Below are positions 63,448-64,000 of a stretch of 64,000 bases of DNA, in pieces. The notes under the pieces were generated by a model. It was given only the letters and a program-made list of their open reading frames with translations, was not told the DNA's origin and did not search any database. The translations under genes were made by a program, and so were the position numbers. The DNA comes from an uncultured bacterium (GTDB lineage Bacteria; Methylomirabilota; Methylomirabilia; Methylomirabilales; 2-02-FULL-66-22): NCBI GenBank assembly GCA_964576535.1, contig CAZNWB010000002.1, forward strand, positions 28,470 through 92,469. Reading direction: 5' to 3'. Within the stretch, counting starts at the first letter, position 1. Each line of letters starts with the position of its first letter.

Positions 63448-64000
63448 ATGAAGCTGAAGGCGGATCTCCATAGAGCGCGTAGGCGAACGATCCTGCTCGG
63501 GCTCGGACTGCTCCTCATCGCTGTGGCGATCGCAGCCGGGCTCCTATGGTCTCCGGGGGCACGGAAGGCCCGCCATCTCGCCCGGGGCGATCGGTATCTC
63601 GGTCAGGCGCAATACCGGGAAGCTGTCATCGAATACCGAAACGTCCTCCAGATCGAGGCGAGCAACGCGCGCGCGATCCGGCAGCTTGGCTTCGCTCACT
63701 ACGGGCTCGGTGAACTGGGGCACGCATTCCGCTATCTCGCGAGGTCGCAGGAACTCGGGCCAGACGACGTAGGGGTTCGGCTCAGGCTCGCAACGATCTA
63801 TCTCCTGACCCGGCAGCCGGAGAAGGCCCGGGAGCAGGCAGCGTCCGTTCTTGAGAAAGAGCCGAAGAACCTCGAGGCGCTCGGCCTGCTGGCGGGGGCG
63901 GCGAACACACCGCAGGAAATTGACGCCACGGTCCGTCGCCTCGAGGAAGCGCGCGCTGACCTCGGCGATAAAGCGAAGTTCCACCTCGCGCTTGGGACCC
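63448..64000 (+). CDS. Copy C: PrsT-like PEP-CTERM-system TPR-repeat protein, N-terminal part (3' end outside window)
   Basis: RBS 'GGGAGGAG' upstream. A signal/anchor 'RRRTILLGLGLLLIAVAIAAG' is followed by TPR-type repeats 'AQYREAVIEYRNVLQIEASNARAIRQLGFAHYGLGELGHAFRYLARSQEL'. The frame is open to the window end. It is absent from the ORF track because no stop falls within the window. Confidence 0.7.
   Translation, partial: MKLKADLHRARRRTILLGLGLLLIAVAIAAGLLWSPGARKARHLARGDRYLGQAQYREAVIEYRNVLQIEASNARAIRQLGFAHYGLGELGHAFRYLARSQELGPDDVGVRLRLATIYLLTRQPEKAREQAASVLEKEPKNLEALGLLAGAANTPQEIDATVRRLEEARADLGDKAKFHLALGT

Overview
High-G+C bacterial chromosomal window. Sampled 60-nt lines in carB are about 68% GC. 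Nearly all credible genes are on the + strand, and many have overlapping stop/start codons (ATGA/GTGA at 1739, 2947, 15789, 17562, 25936, 43663, 48129). I read the window as one very large exopolysaccharide (EPS) and glycan-decoration locus of the PEP-CTERM/exosortase-associated type.

Contents of the EPS locus:
- five GT4 and three GT2 glycosyltransferases
- two NodB deacetylases
- an ATP-grasp ligase
- an AsnB-type amidotransferase
- an O-antigen-ligase-like membrane protein
- CelD/FemAB-like GNATs
- WecB and an LMW tyrosine phosphatase
- a CapK/PaaK-like adenylating enzyme and a formyltransferase
- five membrane-anchored SGNH paralogues, one carrying two in-frame TAG codons
- a PrsT-like TPR protein running off the right edge

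Embedded in the locus is a carbamoylation block: a NodU/CmcH carbamoyltransferase, SxtJ-like and SxtK/DUF5989-like small proteins, then carA-carB, which is translationally coupled to wecB.

The middle of the window carries scars of mobile DNA:
- IS630-like and IS481-like transposase remnants and a 42-nt copy of the CelD-like gene, at 31.6-32.4 kb
- a low-GC insert (36.5-39.5 kb) with a GT-C-like membrane protein and a Dpm1-like GT2, followed by an orphan DNA-methyltransferase fragment

The most unusual part is the right third (42.6-63.4 kb). It holds three consecutive carrier-protein-centred acyl-activation cassettes, each with an adenylating enzyme, an ACP and GNAT/FemAB-type transferases.
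- Two of the cassettes are bracketed by repeated copies of the 5' end of the PrsT-like gene (48741, 56487, 63474).
- The last cassette ends in IS91 and tyrosine-recombinase remnants.
- The last cassette also contains an out-of-context HAL-type MIO ammonia-lyase with an in-frame 48-bp tandem duplication.

No rRNA, tRNA or CRISPR array was recognised. All functional calls rest on motif recognition by eye. No database search was run.
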